From Phoronis australis (Eukaryota; Animalia; Phoronida), in the NCBI GenBank assembly GCA_002633005.1, contig NMRA01000234.1:1-64000 (forward strand): a DNA stretch of 64,000 nt. The letters run 5' to 3'. A model generated the notes under the pieces. It was given only the letters and a program-made list of their open reading frames with translations. It searched no databases and was not told where the DNA came from. Shown one piece after another: positions 39,899 through 51,615 of the stretch (its first letter is position 1; the number at the start of each line of letters is the position of its first letter). The translations under genes were made by a program, and so were the position numbers.

Positions 39899-40190
39899 GT
39901 AAGAAGACGCAATATTTTATCCACAATTTATCTGATTTCTTTGCTGTTTCATGACGTTCTACTTGTATTAGTTGTTTAGAGGCCGTTGCATCAAACTGTT
40001 GTTTTTTGTCATTAAATTTCTTTTTTTTTGCAAAAGACATAGAGGCCCAGCTGTCCCAGATGTTTGTGACTATTTCAGATGGATTGCTTTCTTTTTGTGT
40101 TTGCAGTTTCACCCAAATGTGAGACATGATGCAGTGAGTGAAGGTGTAATTTAGTGTTGTAGACTGACCATGTTTGTTTTGCATTCACAG

Positions 40191-41959
40191 GACATGGGCT
40201 GTGCATAGCTCTGGATGTGTGTAACTGTACTGAAAGCTGGAGTGGCTCCACTTGTAATGTGGCTAGCTGTAGTCAAGTTAACGACTGTAGTGGTCGGGGT
40301 CACTGTATTGCGCCTGATGTCTGCGACTGCTTCGGGACATACGATGGACCAGCGTGTAATGAGGATATTGGACCAAACAAGTATCCACCTGCTATACAAG
40401 CAGTACCCGTTGTAACACTACCTGACAATGTCAAAACGGGGAGTTTTGTGGTGAACATAAGTGCAACCGACAATGATTCTAGTGGAAAGAATACTTTACT
40501 GGGCTTCAGTCTTATGTCTCACACTGACAAATTTTCCATTACCAACCAGGGACAAATTTCTACTTCGTCTGCCATTGACTTTGATTATATTGAAGAGAGG
40601 CGTCTGTCATTGCTTGTGAAGGTGTATGACCACGGTTTGCCAAGACTCACTAATTCGACCACTGTAACCATCATGGGCCTGGACGATAATGACAACTGTC
40701 CAAAGTTTACTCACGTGCCAACTGATCCACTTGAGTTACCTGATGACACACCTGTGGATACCAAGATTTACTCATTCTATGCAGTTGATAAGGATTCTGG
40801 CAACAATTCATTAGTCGTCTATGATCTGCTGTCTGATACAGGAAATCAGAGTCCATACTTTTCTATCAACATTTCTGGTGATGTCATGACTGTCACAGAA
40901 CCTCTCGTCACAGGCAGATACCTGCTCACTGTTATAGCAAAGGACTCTGCACTCTATCCTTGCCAGACCAAAGCGGGATTGACTGTCCTGGTCACCATGT
41001 CTAGGAACATCACTACTCAATATCCAACAACACCTGGAACATCATTAGCACCAACAAATGCTACAACACTGTCTACTATGGAAAATGCCAAATCAACAGT
41101 ATACACTTCAGAACCAACATCACTCATTGATACAGCAACAACTGGTCGCATGACATCAGTGGCACCAACAGAATTTACCTCTCTGTCTAGTACAGAAGTC
41201 TATCAATCTACTTTTCAAACTTCAGAATCAATGTTGGACACTTCAGAATCAACAATGGAGACGACATATGATTCTTCAACATCAACTGTTGACACAGTAA
41301 CAACAGCTCGTGTGACATCAATGGCACCAACAGAATTTACCTCGCTGTCTAGTACATCAGCCTACCAATCTACTTTTCAAACTTCAGAATCAATGTTGGA
41401 CACTTCAGAATCAACAATGGAGACGACATATGATTCTTCAACATCAACTGTTGACACAGTAACAACAGCTCATGTCACATCAATGGCACCAACAGAGTTT
41501 ACGCAGCAGTCAAGTATGGAGACCTCAGAACCATTGGTGGATACTTCAGAGCCAATAACGAAGACTGCAACTGAGATCACAGAACGAACCGACACAAAAA
41601 CAGTAACTCGCATGGCATCAACAGAGCCAACAGCACATTCTAGTGTAAAATTCTACCAATCGACTATGGAACCTTCAGAATCAACAGTAAAGGCTACATC
41701 TAAAGTCACCGATACAGCCATGACAACATACGTAGAGACTTCAACTCTCACCAAGACGACCCCTACAGCTTCTGGTGGTGTGAGCGATGCTGTGAAGATC
41801 ATCATTAGTAGTACCATCCCACTAGTGCTCTTGCTTATCATCTTCATTGTAGCCATTGCCTTTTGCATTAAGAAGAACACAGTAAGAAAAAGCAGGCCCC
41901 ATTTTCCTTATGCAACGTATAGGAATCCCACCTATGCTCATAGGGCCAGTTATATTTAG
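40191..41959 (+). CDS. Terminal exon 27A: EGF, 2 cadherin repeats, ~265-aa S/T mucin stalk, TM, tail ...YRNPTYAHRASYI*
   Basis: tcacag| acceptor; 580-aa ORF; cadherin motifs ATDND, VKVYDHG.P, DDNDNCPKF, AVDKDSG; TM IIISSTIPLVLLLIIFIVAIAFCI. Confidence 0.93.
41151..41500 (+). repeat. Coding 162-bp (54-aa) tandem repeat in the module A mucin stalk, ~2.2 copies
   Basis: unit starts at 41151, 41313, 41475 (TS(V/M)APTEFTSLSST..YQSTFQTSESMLDTSESTMETTYDSSTSTVDTVTTA). Confidence 0.92.
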
Positions 41960-42666
41960 GGGACTGTATGAGGCATAACTTCTGTATCATGCATTTAGAT
42001 TTTTTCTAAATTACCTGAGCTATAAATTGATAAAATCAGTGCTTTTTATATTAGGTGCTTCTAATTTTAAGGTATTAAGACATGATTTATAAATTTCCTT
42101 TTAATGGAAATTGCTTCTCAGTGATAGACAATAATGAGAAAGAATATTATGAAGAAATTATCATAGTTATTGGGTATGGGTTGTTGTTATTGATATATCT
42201 TGATATGATAAAATAGTTTGTAACTTCTTGTAGTCGTTTTTTGACATTTAATCTGTGCCATTGTTTTAACATAGGGTTTTTTCAGTTGTATGCCATTATG
42301 TTAAAATCTCAGATTTTGACTTAAACACATTCCTCAAATACGATTTTTACTGTACATCAACTTCTGCCATGATTTGCCCTGTATCAAAGTAGATTGTTTT
42401 GTGGGAAGGAATGTTTCAAACTGTCTCATTCCATGTGCTGTGATGGCATTGTTTGCCATTCACATATCTGTAGTCATGGTTTGTTTGTGTGTAGTCTCTG
42501 AAGTCAACCATATGGGCGATATTTTGTTGATCTATACAGTGTACATGTGTAGGATGAGTTTTTCTTTCAATGGATTACATGTCAGTCATGTATTGAGCAA
42601 AGGATTTAACTTTTGCCTCTTAGTTTTGTTTGTTATATTAGTTCACATTGTATTGTTTACTCCAGA

Positions 42667-42672
42667 AATAAA
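42667..42672 (+). terminator. Candidate polyadenylation signal for module A
   Basis: AATAAA about 700 nt after the 27A stop, followed by T-rich sequence. Confidence 0.3.
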
Positions 42673-43224
42673 ATATTTGACTTATTTATTTTATTTTTGG
42701 ATGACTTTCTATTGTCTGCCATATACATAAGACTGTTGTGGCCTGAAGCATGGCACTGGTACAAAATGAGTGATAAATGTTACTAATCTGACACATGCAA
42801 TTGTATGATACAAATGTGGGATATTTGATAATAACAATCTTGGTAGTATTTAGTGCTTTAAAACTCGAAAGAGAAGCAAGTAAAGTATAACCACATGTGG
42901 GCCATACCGACCCACTTTTATCTGATGTCATCTTTGGCGGTAAGTGATGATGTGAAAATTGTTCGATGGTCTTGTGTGTTGGAGTCATTGATGACACGGT
43001 CTGTGTAGAGTTGTCATCAAGTGCATATAGTTATGACCGTGGTGTTGCCTTTTGGAGCAATTAGTGACAAGTTTCATAATTTTGTTATAGCCTCTTTACT
43101 ATGATCTTTCAATCCAAAAAATCCATGAATCTTGAGGCTTAAATATTAGTGATCTTGACATGATGCAAATATCCCGACTGTATCCGACACTGGTTAATAC
43201 ACGGCCATTTTGTTCACTTGCAGA

Positions 43225-43800
43225 AGGTAACTTTGTGTGTCCATATGCATATATTTTGCATGAACTTGTCATCCTGTCCAGTTGTGTTTTTGGAGAAGAG
43301 TGTTTCCGAATGATATCTAAACGACCGATTGGTGCATTTCAGTGAAAGTTAACACAGGTATGTGATGTCAATGCTTTGGCACCACTAAGGCATTCCGTAG
43401 TGGCCATTTGTTTTCGGAGGAAGAGTGTTTCTGGATAGTGTCTGATACAAAGGTGTATGTGACAGCATTGTGCCAGCATCAGTTGATTTTCGAGCAAGTT
43501 GGACTATAGCAGCAGATCTGAGTGGACATTTTGTCAGGTCATCCTGTTTTCCAGTTGTGTTCTCAATATCTCATAAACCACAGGTCAGGTATTGATGAAA
43601 CGTGGCACAAGGATCTTTAATTTCACTAGGCTACTTTTCAGTCTACCTCTGCAGATGATGTATAGAGAACTGATGGACTGATTTCAATGAAACATGACTC
43701 GGAGATATGTGACAAAAGTGTGCCAGTATGAGTCAATTTTTATCGAATTAAACCATTGCTGCGCCCTCTAGTGCCCATTTTGGTCTTGACGGGTTTTTCA
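43225..43800 (+). mobile_element. Old HINE-related fragment
   Basis: subunit-like blocks (gatgaaacgtggcaca, gcgccctctagtgccc). Confidence 0.45.
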
Positions 43801-43806
43801 GTACTT

Positions 43807-43958
43807 TTTATGCGCCCACATATTTATATGTGGACGCATTATGCCGTCATCNAGTATGCCCTCTACTGGCCACTTTATGGTACCAATAAACAACCCTAGA
43901 AGGATACCGTATGCGGTGCAATTGTGGGCGCATTTCAACGCTCCGCGTTGCTCTTGTT
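43807..43958 (+). mobile_element. Second young HINE copy: both ends present, interior replaced by assembly gap (n at 43852)
   Basis: 43807-43851 matches the 5' end at 37246-37289; 43855-43958 matches the 3' end at 39128-39231. Confidence 0.85.
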
Positions 43959-43959
43959 A

Positions 43960-45690
43960 GAGAAGAGCATTTCAGTGTAATTGCCAAAGAACCAATTTAC
44001 GGATTTTTTAATGAAATTTACACAGAGAAAAAGGATGGCATTGCACCAGAACTATTTGGTTTCCAGGCAATTTCAAATTCTACAGCTTCCCTTGTGGCAA
44101 CTTGAACTGGTTGTCCTACCATCCAGTCGTTTGCTCGATGTCTCATTATTTTGATGTGGAGCATTACTAGTGGGTACATGCCAGTTTTCAATTTGCTCTG
44201 TTCCCAGGTCCAGGAGATAAGGCTTTTCAATATTTTTGTGATGGTTGTTTCTGAATGATGTATAAAGTACTGACTGACATGTTTCAATGAAACCCCCCAT
44301 TCTAACTTCCATATTGCATAATGGAAAACATCCTTAAAAATTTTTTGCTGTCCATCCAAATAACATATTCTTTGGAATGATTAATTCTCAAACCAGACAT
44401 TTCTGCATAATTATTTACTCAGAACTTCCGTAGTGGCTTCCAAGCTACGCCGAGAACCATCTAAGAAAAAAGTTCTGTCTCATCAGCATACTGAGTAAGT
44501 ATAAATTCATCATTTCCTATTTGAATGCCTTTAATTGACTGTTCTATCTTGTTTTGCCATCATAACTAATATTTCAACATATAAAATGAAAACATATGGA
44601 GAAAGAGGATCACCTTGTCCACAGCCCCTGTGCAGAGTAAAACTTCTGGACAAAATACTGCTTTGGACAATGTATGACAGTGGACAATTATACAAAAAAT
44701 TTATCTTTGTAACCGACAACAGCCCCGGTATACCATTTTTTACTGAAATTTACATCCCTTTTACAAATCCCGTCTGATCCGGGGAAATAAAATATCCATG
44801 TACCTTTTTCATTTGTCTGGCAATACATCCGGATCCGACCTTGTGAACACTGTTGAGCAAAGTTATTGGTCACCATTTTTATGAATGTTTTGGCCTTATC
44901 TGGCTTTGGAATTAAAGTTGCAATGCCCGTTTTTTGCGTGTTTTACATTTTGATTTTTTCATAACTTTCATTTTTATGTCTTAAAACAAAATAGTCTAAA
45001 TCTTTCTACTAAAAATTGAAGAAAATCATTTGTGAAATCATCTGACACGGGTCTTTTCATTTTTTGAATTTTTCAATACTGACACAATTCTTCATAATTT
45101 ATTTTATGTGTCCCTCAAGGTCCTGCGCAAAATTATCCTGAAGCTTATTTGAAACAATAAGGTTTTCTGTTTCTCTTTTTCACGAAAAATTATTAGAGTA
45201 AAGTTTTTCATAAAAATTCGTGGCCACCTCGAGTATATTTTCTTGATCTATAATTAGTTATACACTTTCCAATGCTATTTCATACATAATATTGTTATAA
45301 AAATGTCTCGATGCTAAACTACAAAAATACTTTGTTGGGCGTTGCTCTTCCTGTATACATTTTGCCTGGATCTGACGAAATGCCCTTTTAATTTCTGTGA
45401 CCATATCTCTTTTTTTAAATCTTCAAAAGTTTTATCATCAACACCTTGTTCTAAATTCTCTATTTCTTTTTTTTGTATTCACTCTTTTGACTATCCGTTT
45501 TTCTTTATTTTTTCTTATTTCCATCTGTAGCATATCCTAAAATGGTTGATCATGTATAACAAACTGAATCTCACTGTCTAAACAGTATACTCTAATTGCA
45601 TATTGCTTTTTAACATTAGTTATTTTGAACGGTGTTTACATATTCCTTGTCATTTGGAAGTGAATTAATAAATTTCCATAATCCTTTACT
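43960..45690 (-). mobile_element. Decayed L1/Tx1-like LINE ORF2
   Basis: minus strand SRSFTLHRGCGQGDPLSPYVFILYVEIL...GIQIG...QYADET; many stops. Confidence 0.8.
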
Positions 45691-47652
45691 TTAGTAACTT
45701 GTCTAAATTTTGTGCTTAACAAGACCCCAATGCAACAAAGTTTTAGAAATCAGAAAAAGTCAAGCTTTGATTGAATCAAAAAAGTTTAACATGTTGTAAA
45801 ATAGAGAAACTGTGTATTTTAGAGTATTATTATTAGTAGCTAACCGGCCTTCACTTTGTGCCACAAGTGGCGGGTATCTTTGAGGGATTTCCAAGAGCCC
45901 CATGTAGACCACTGAATTCATGGAATGGGCTAATGTGCACTCTGTAGAATCTTTGGACCTCTGATAGTTGACTGATGGAGAATTTTCACCAGACCAAGTT
46001 CCCTCATGGTAAGTGCCGAGTGCATTGTGGTGTCAATGACAAATTTTTTCGCATTACCAAAGTCACTGATATTAGCTGCAGTTTTGAATAGGGTCGTTCC
46101 GGATTACTCAACAATAGAACTTGCCTTTGTTCCAGAGACAGGAAAGCACATGACCTGACGTTTTGTTAATCAAACACATTTTTGTGTATCTTGATGTTGG
46201 GTAGGCAAAGAATTTCTTATCACGCATCCATGGGTGTTTGTCCAGTTTATCAAATTCTCTAACATCAGTGTTGCAGCCCACAGCACCGCACTAATACTTC
46301 AGTGGCATTTGGAAGGACGTATTGAGTAATGCAATCGAGAAAATTTTGTAACGAATCAGACAACAGCAAATAACGTGACATTCCAGAAGCACAAAATGAG
46401 GCAACAAATGTGCCCGACATACGTTTAAGGCATTGTGGGTAAATACAGCGAGATTCGAGTGTCGCTGTGTAATCTGGGACAGCCCTATTGGTTACAACAA
46501 CTCACCTGGAATTCCACTGCTGAGCTTACTGGTTCAGGGGCTGAAACTAACCTATTATGACAAGTAAACTGGTTAAGCAAGTGCAAATTGTCTGTATGGT
46601 ACAAAATGGCAAATTGTCTGATTTTTCGATATCATGTTGCCAAAATCGGCAAATGATACAAAGTTATTGTCGTTTGATAACGTGTCTTAATAGATTGGAG
46701 TGAACCTAAATATTGCTAAATTATTTTTTATTCAAATTGAGCTTTAGCGATTCTTGAGGAACATTTTTCATAAACCTATAGTTGCACCATGGGTGGATAC
46801 TCATAATTATTAAATAATCAAAGAGTTCCTGTCGTTAGCCAATGTTTATGACCAGATGATGTCATGGTTGACTAAGCTTTGTTCTAACGAATGGAAATGA
46901 AGCTTTGGTCATGCCAAGAATTGTAAACGACACTTGACTTGATACCTCAAAATCCAACTCCGCCTAGTGGCCCAATTTTGTTGCACCCCTAGCAAATTAA
47001 TAAGGAGCCTATTTATCATAACATTGAACATACGTTTTAGGTTGTAAAAGTCACATTCCTTGCCCAATTTTCAAAATTCAAAGACTTAATCATGACTTGT
47101 ATGTTTTCACAAACTATTCAAAGTGAAAATTTAAAAATACTATTGTTGCCCCTAATATGTTGATGATGGTCTCATTATCTAGAGAACAGTAACATCAGTA
47201 GCCTGAGGCAATTTAACTGAACGGAAGAACATCTGGTGTCTTTGGCAAATTCTGTTGTGCGCAAACCAGTTGAGTTGCCCAATCTCTACTGGTTTGGGTG
47301 TCAACATAGGATTCTTTTCATTAGTTGAGTCGAAAAATATCTCCCCCTGTGCACCCCTGGACTTCAACTTCTAAAATGCATTTTTACAAAGAAAAATACA
47401 TTAACAAGCCGAAAAAATGTCCCACATGTGTTTTATGGAAATTAGTACCACTTTTCGTTATGTGACAAATCTTACTTTCTTTTTCCTATAATTGAACAAA
47501 TCAAGTGTCAAACCCTGATGTTTTGAAGGTCATCTGATTTGTGTTATATGGTTACTTACAATCAATACCACACTGGAATTGTGCATAAGCCAAATGAATA
47601 GAGACAGTAAATGATTGCAGAAATGTGGGCAATCGTTGGGTGCTGATGTCAC

Positions 47653-47902
47653 CATGCGCGCACCCAGGGGGGGCTCGAACAATCCCCCCCATTTGACGAA
47701 GTGGGCAAAAAGGTCCACGTGTGAGAAACAAAAAGTCCGAGAAAATGAGACAAAAGTCCATTAAACAAGCACAAACGCACAATTCGCAGTGGTGCGCCCG
47801 TTTATTTTTTATTTTTTTTAGTCCGCCGGCTATTTTGTTACCAAAAGGTCCACAACGTTAGGAATTCGAGCCCCCCCATGTTGAAGGCTGGTTGCGCGTA
47901 TG
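47653..47902. mobile_element. MITE (hAT-like, 5-bp TSD)
   Basis: TIRs catgcgcgcacccag / ctggttgcgcgtatg; internal ggggggctcgaa / ttcgagcccccc; TSD gtcac on both sides. Confidence 0.7.
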
Positions 47903-47914
47903 GTCACTGCTTAG

Positions 47915-49300
47915 ATGTTCCATCGCTCCATGAAAGTTCCATACAACTCGTCATTGTCCTCTTCTCCATCCAGTTCGCAAACATCAGTGGGCAAGAGATC
48001 AGTCTGTGCATTTCGTAAGATAGGAACTCACGACCACACAGGTTCTAACACTCCTTCGCCAATTCGCATCGATCCTCCCTTCTCCTTCGTCATAAGGTTT
48101 TGGTTGTTCAGTTATAGGTTCACAAGTGCACTTGTACAAAGCAACATGGTAATTTATTTGTTGTATGTGAGGTTGCAGTGCAGACAGGCACGGGGGGAAG
48201 TCGAGTAACGTCAGTCTTGGACTTGTAAGTGAGAATATCATCTTCACCAACCATTTTGCACAACATCTTGGCGTGTGTAGCATCTATCGATGACTCACGA
48301 CTTTGACCGTACATGAGACAGGTGTGAACTCTTCCAACTCTTTCAAAACTTCAGAACTTGCATCCCAGTGAAAGCCAAGTTGCCTGAATGCATGGTGAAA
48401 TTTCGGATTATTTTCTAGATCCTTATGGGTGTCAACCTTTCCTTTTATATAAACGCACTGGTGCAATCTTCTTCAGTGTATAAATAAAACCCAATTAGAG
48501 CTTCACAGTCTTTTCCCAAGAATTTTGCCAGGTTGGAGCGATTCAGTAGTCGTTGATGTTCACCAGACCATGTATCTATACAGCTTTATCGCGTGAGCAT
48601 GATGCTGCTGAATGAGAAAGACATTGTCAGTGGTCCTGACGTCAGCGTTTCTGTACCCAAGTGAGACAGCATACTAGAGGTTTTCTTGTGTCAGTTTCTT
48701 CTTGGTTGTGAAAATTTAAATGTAAAGATGTCTCTTAATACATTTATTCATATCAGCTCATCTACATTTCCTTGACCTTAAGACGTAAGAGCGACTTTCT
48801 TGTTGGATGAATCCGTAGTCTTGAGCTTATTCCAACTTATAGGTTGAAAAAAAACTGTCCGTTTCACTGTCCTGCAAGCATGCTATGAATTGTGTCTGCA
48901 GCTTTACCCACAACATCGTCTCTGAGGACATCTTTTTCTACGTCCACTGGTTAAGTAGCTCCAGAAACGAAAGAATACAGCTTTTCCACATCCGCAAAAG
49001 TGAATTAGTTTGTGAAATTCTGGCTGTTATGGTCTGCTGGATAGCATCCTCACCTTTCTTTATTTCTGCTCTTTCCTGTTTAAAACGTGTTCCCTTTTTT
49101 GGAAAGACCGACCACATCAAGAATTTTCTAGTAAAACTGCGCTCTGGCAGAGGTTGAGTGTGCAGCAACAGCTTTAGGATGTGTCTTCTATGCTGGTTAT
49201 ATGAACATCCAGTCAATCGATATATCTGAACGTGGACATGTGTGAGCATTGTAGCTGGGCTAAAGTTATGATCGTAATTGAACTTTAATAAAAAATTCTA
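47915..49300 (-). mobile_element. Decayed DNA-transposon coding remnant with XPG/H3TH-like motifs (Academ-like)
   Basis: minus strand NQEETDT, VRTTDNVF, ALIGFYLYTEEDCTSAF.KGKV, ELEEFT..MYG, LPPCLSALQPHIQQINY; frameshifted. Confidence 0.6.
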
Positions 49301-49689
49301 CATGCAATATTATACCAAAACTATTAAAACTATTTACTGTAGAAATTAACATATGGACGCTGTATGGGGCTTTTGATACTGTGGTGTACTGCTCTGGTTT
49401 GGCCGTTAGGTGAAAATGCAACTGCGTTCCTGGAGTACGAAAGGGTAGCATTAAGGTATTTGAGCAGGTCGCCTTCATTTGATGACCAAAAATGTGGTTG
49501 ATGAAGCTTCATATCCACCTTAATTTTCACAAGGTCTTTTTCATGTTGTATGGATTTTGTTGGTTGCTACCAACTTTTTCTGGGCTGTATTTAATTTTTT
49601 TGAATTGAAATTGTTACAAGTTAGTAGTGAACAGGGAAACCAAATGTTTCAAGTGGCAATTTATCCAATTTGAATTAATGTAATTTAGT

Positions 49690-50192
49690 CACCATATTTC
49701 TCTGCGTGTGCGCGCATGTATCATGCTATCTCTTTTGCAAAAGTACAGATGCCTGATTATCTCAGAGAGACATTTTTATGCCAAGTCCTTTCCCTTTGGT
49801 GTGCTTTTAAAATCCATGGAACAATAGAAAGTGACATGAATACAAGTGACCGACACAATATAAAGCTAACAATAGCTCGGCGACGACTTTCAGGCTAATC
49901 TGACGAATACTGTGTCCCCTAGTGGCAATTTCATTTTTCCATTTTCATTTGTTTCACTGTAGGTCCATTGTTAAACCTCACCGACTTTTAAATAAAGATT
50001 ATTGCTACTCACTAGTGTTACTTCCTTGGCAGGTTTTTATGAAACTTGTTAAAATAGCTCTCTACTAGGGAAACAATGGCACGGTTTTTGCTCCATCTAG
50101 TATCCTTTTTATGGTGCAAATAAGCAGCCCTTGAAGCACACTGTTTGTGGTGCATTTGTGGGCGCACTTCAATGCTCCGCGTTCCTCTTGTT
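49690..50192 (+). mobile_element. Degenerate HINE-family copy (3' end retained)
   Basis: gtcccctagtggcaattt; tgtgggcgcacttcaatgctccgcgttcctcttgtt. Confidence 0.65.
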
Positions 50193-50984
50193 GCGATTCT
50201 AATGAACACCCACGAGAACTGAGCATATTGTTTGCGGGGCAGCTGTGGTCACATATTAATGCTTCAGGCTACACTTGTCACGATTATATTAAAGTGGATG
50301 ACCACTGTGACAAACATTCAATGGAAATTTCATCTTAACCCAGAATTGTATCTGAACAAGGTACAACCTCTAGTTGACTTCTGTAGATTCACTACTCAAA
50401 TGCTTATCATTGGTCAACAAAATAATCTGAAGCATATGTATGTTGCATTGCACTAACAAAAATGTTGGTTGATTACTGGGTAATGTTTGCCTAATATAGT
50501 TGAGAAATTAATGTAGTGCTTAATTGTGGAATCTTGTGTATGTGAAGCTGGTGGGGGCATAATTACATGCCAGTTATATGTTGTTTTATAGTTGCTTTCC
50601 TGGTCGTTAGAACATGTTACTAATTACTCTTTGAGACGAGACAGTTGTAATAATTGTAACTTTCTTATGTCGGAAATGTTGTACTCGTGTCGGAAAATTT
50701 AATTGTCAGTGGTTTGCTGTTAAAATAATTTGATTTAGATTGCAAATAGTATCTTAAGTTTGTTCTATTTTTCAATTCCTATCATCTGGTTATTAATTAG
50801 TTGTTGCCTGTCTTTTGCTTGTACCCAGCATTAATGAGTCACCTCTAAAAAGATTAATGGAGCACTAACTGACATACAGCTACTTTGTTCAGAGTTGCTA
50901 TTTATTTTGTGAAAATGGAAATGCCTGACGTGTAAGTTCAGTGTTGTGTTATGGCCTGAGAGTTGATATTGGTCAAGGAACTCT

Positions 50985-51397
50985 GGCCACATTTATACGA
51001 GAGACAGCTGACTCTGCGCAGCTAACATAGAACAGCTGATCGGGTGCAAGTGTGTATGTGTAAACACGACTGACACGGAGCAAGTGACACTGCGGCAGCC
51101 AGTTTTTGACACTGATAGAGCATCAGTTGCACTCAATCAGTTGCTCCAGTCTCAACTGCACGTCAAAACACAACTGGGGCAGGGCGGGAAGGGATCATCT
51201 TTCAATGCACTTGCACAATAGCGTGTATTTGGGTGAACAGTTAGCATTCCACGAGATTTGGTCATTCGCTATCGTTTATGCGAGCATGTGCAGACAGTCT
51301 TCCTGTGCTGATCCAGTTTGCAATCTAATGTCATGTAAATGCGAGTCGCGCTGTGACAACTGACAAGGTGACAACTGTCTCTCATGTAAAAGTGGCT
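50985..51397. mobile_element. MITE (PIF/Harbinger-like TIRs)
   Basis: TIRs gccacatttatacgagagacagctgac / gtgacaactgtctctcatgtaaaagtggc; second copy at 63685-64000. Confidence 0.7.
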
Positions 51398-51445
51398 TTT
51401 AACAGTTTAATTCACTCATTAATGAATACTATTATTCTTCCTCAG

Positions 51446-51615
51446 CTGTGACCTTGGCTATTCCGGTGCTAACTGTTCTGTGACAGACTGTTCTTCTGTC
51501 AACAACTGTTCTGGTAATGGACAGTGTGACCAGCCCGATGTCTGTACATGTCATCCTGGCTATAAGGGGACGACATGCAGCGAATTCTCCTGCGAGGCAC
51601 TCAACTACTGCTCAG
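51446..51615 (+). CDS. Exon 26B, duplicate of 26A (module B)
   Basis: cctcag|...ctcag|gtaagg; 170 nt, same phases; 3 aa differences from 26A (I>V, N>D, D>G). Confidence 0.85.

Larger units (their letters stand above)
191..41959 (+). other. Multi-exon gene model, isoform A (5'-incomplete): type I membrane protein, PSI / beta-rich domain / CXCXC repeats / VWD / EGF array / 2 cadherin repeats / long mucin stalk / TM / NPxY tail (VWD-EGF-cadherin mosaic protein)
   Basis: 27 exons read by eye, all AG/GT-bounded with matching intron phases. Summed length is 6279 nt = 2093 codons including stop, with no internal stop. Confidence 0.85.

Noticed and set aside
41653-41880. Minus-strand ORFs over exons 27A/27B (also 40811-41020, 55979-56371, 10283-10561, 61522-61815)
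   Set aside because: Antisense shadows of real + strand coding exons.
40191-41959. Calling the gene a protocadherin, tenascin or VWDE orthologue
   Set aside because: Only partial domain overlap with each; orthology cannot be established without a search, so no symbol is given.
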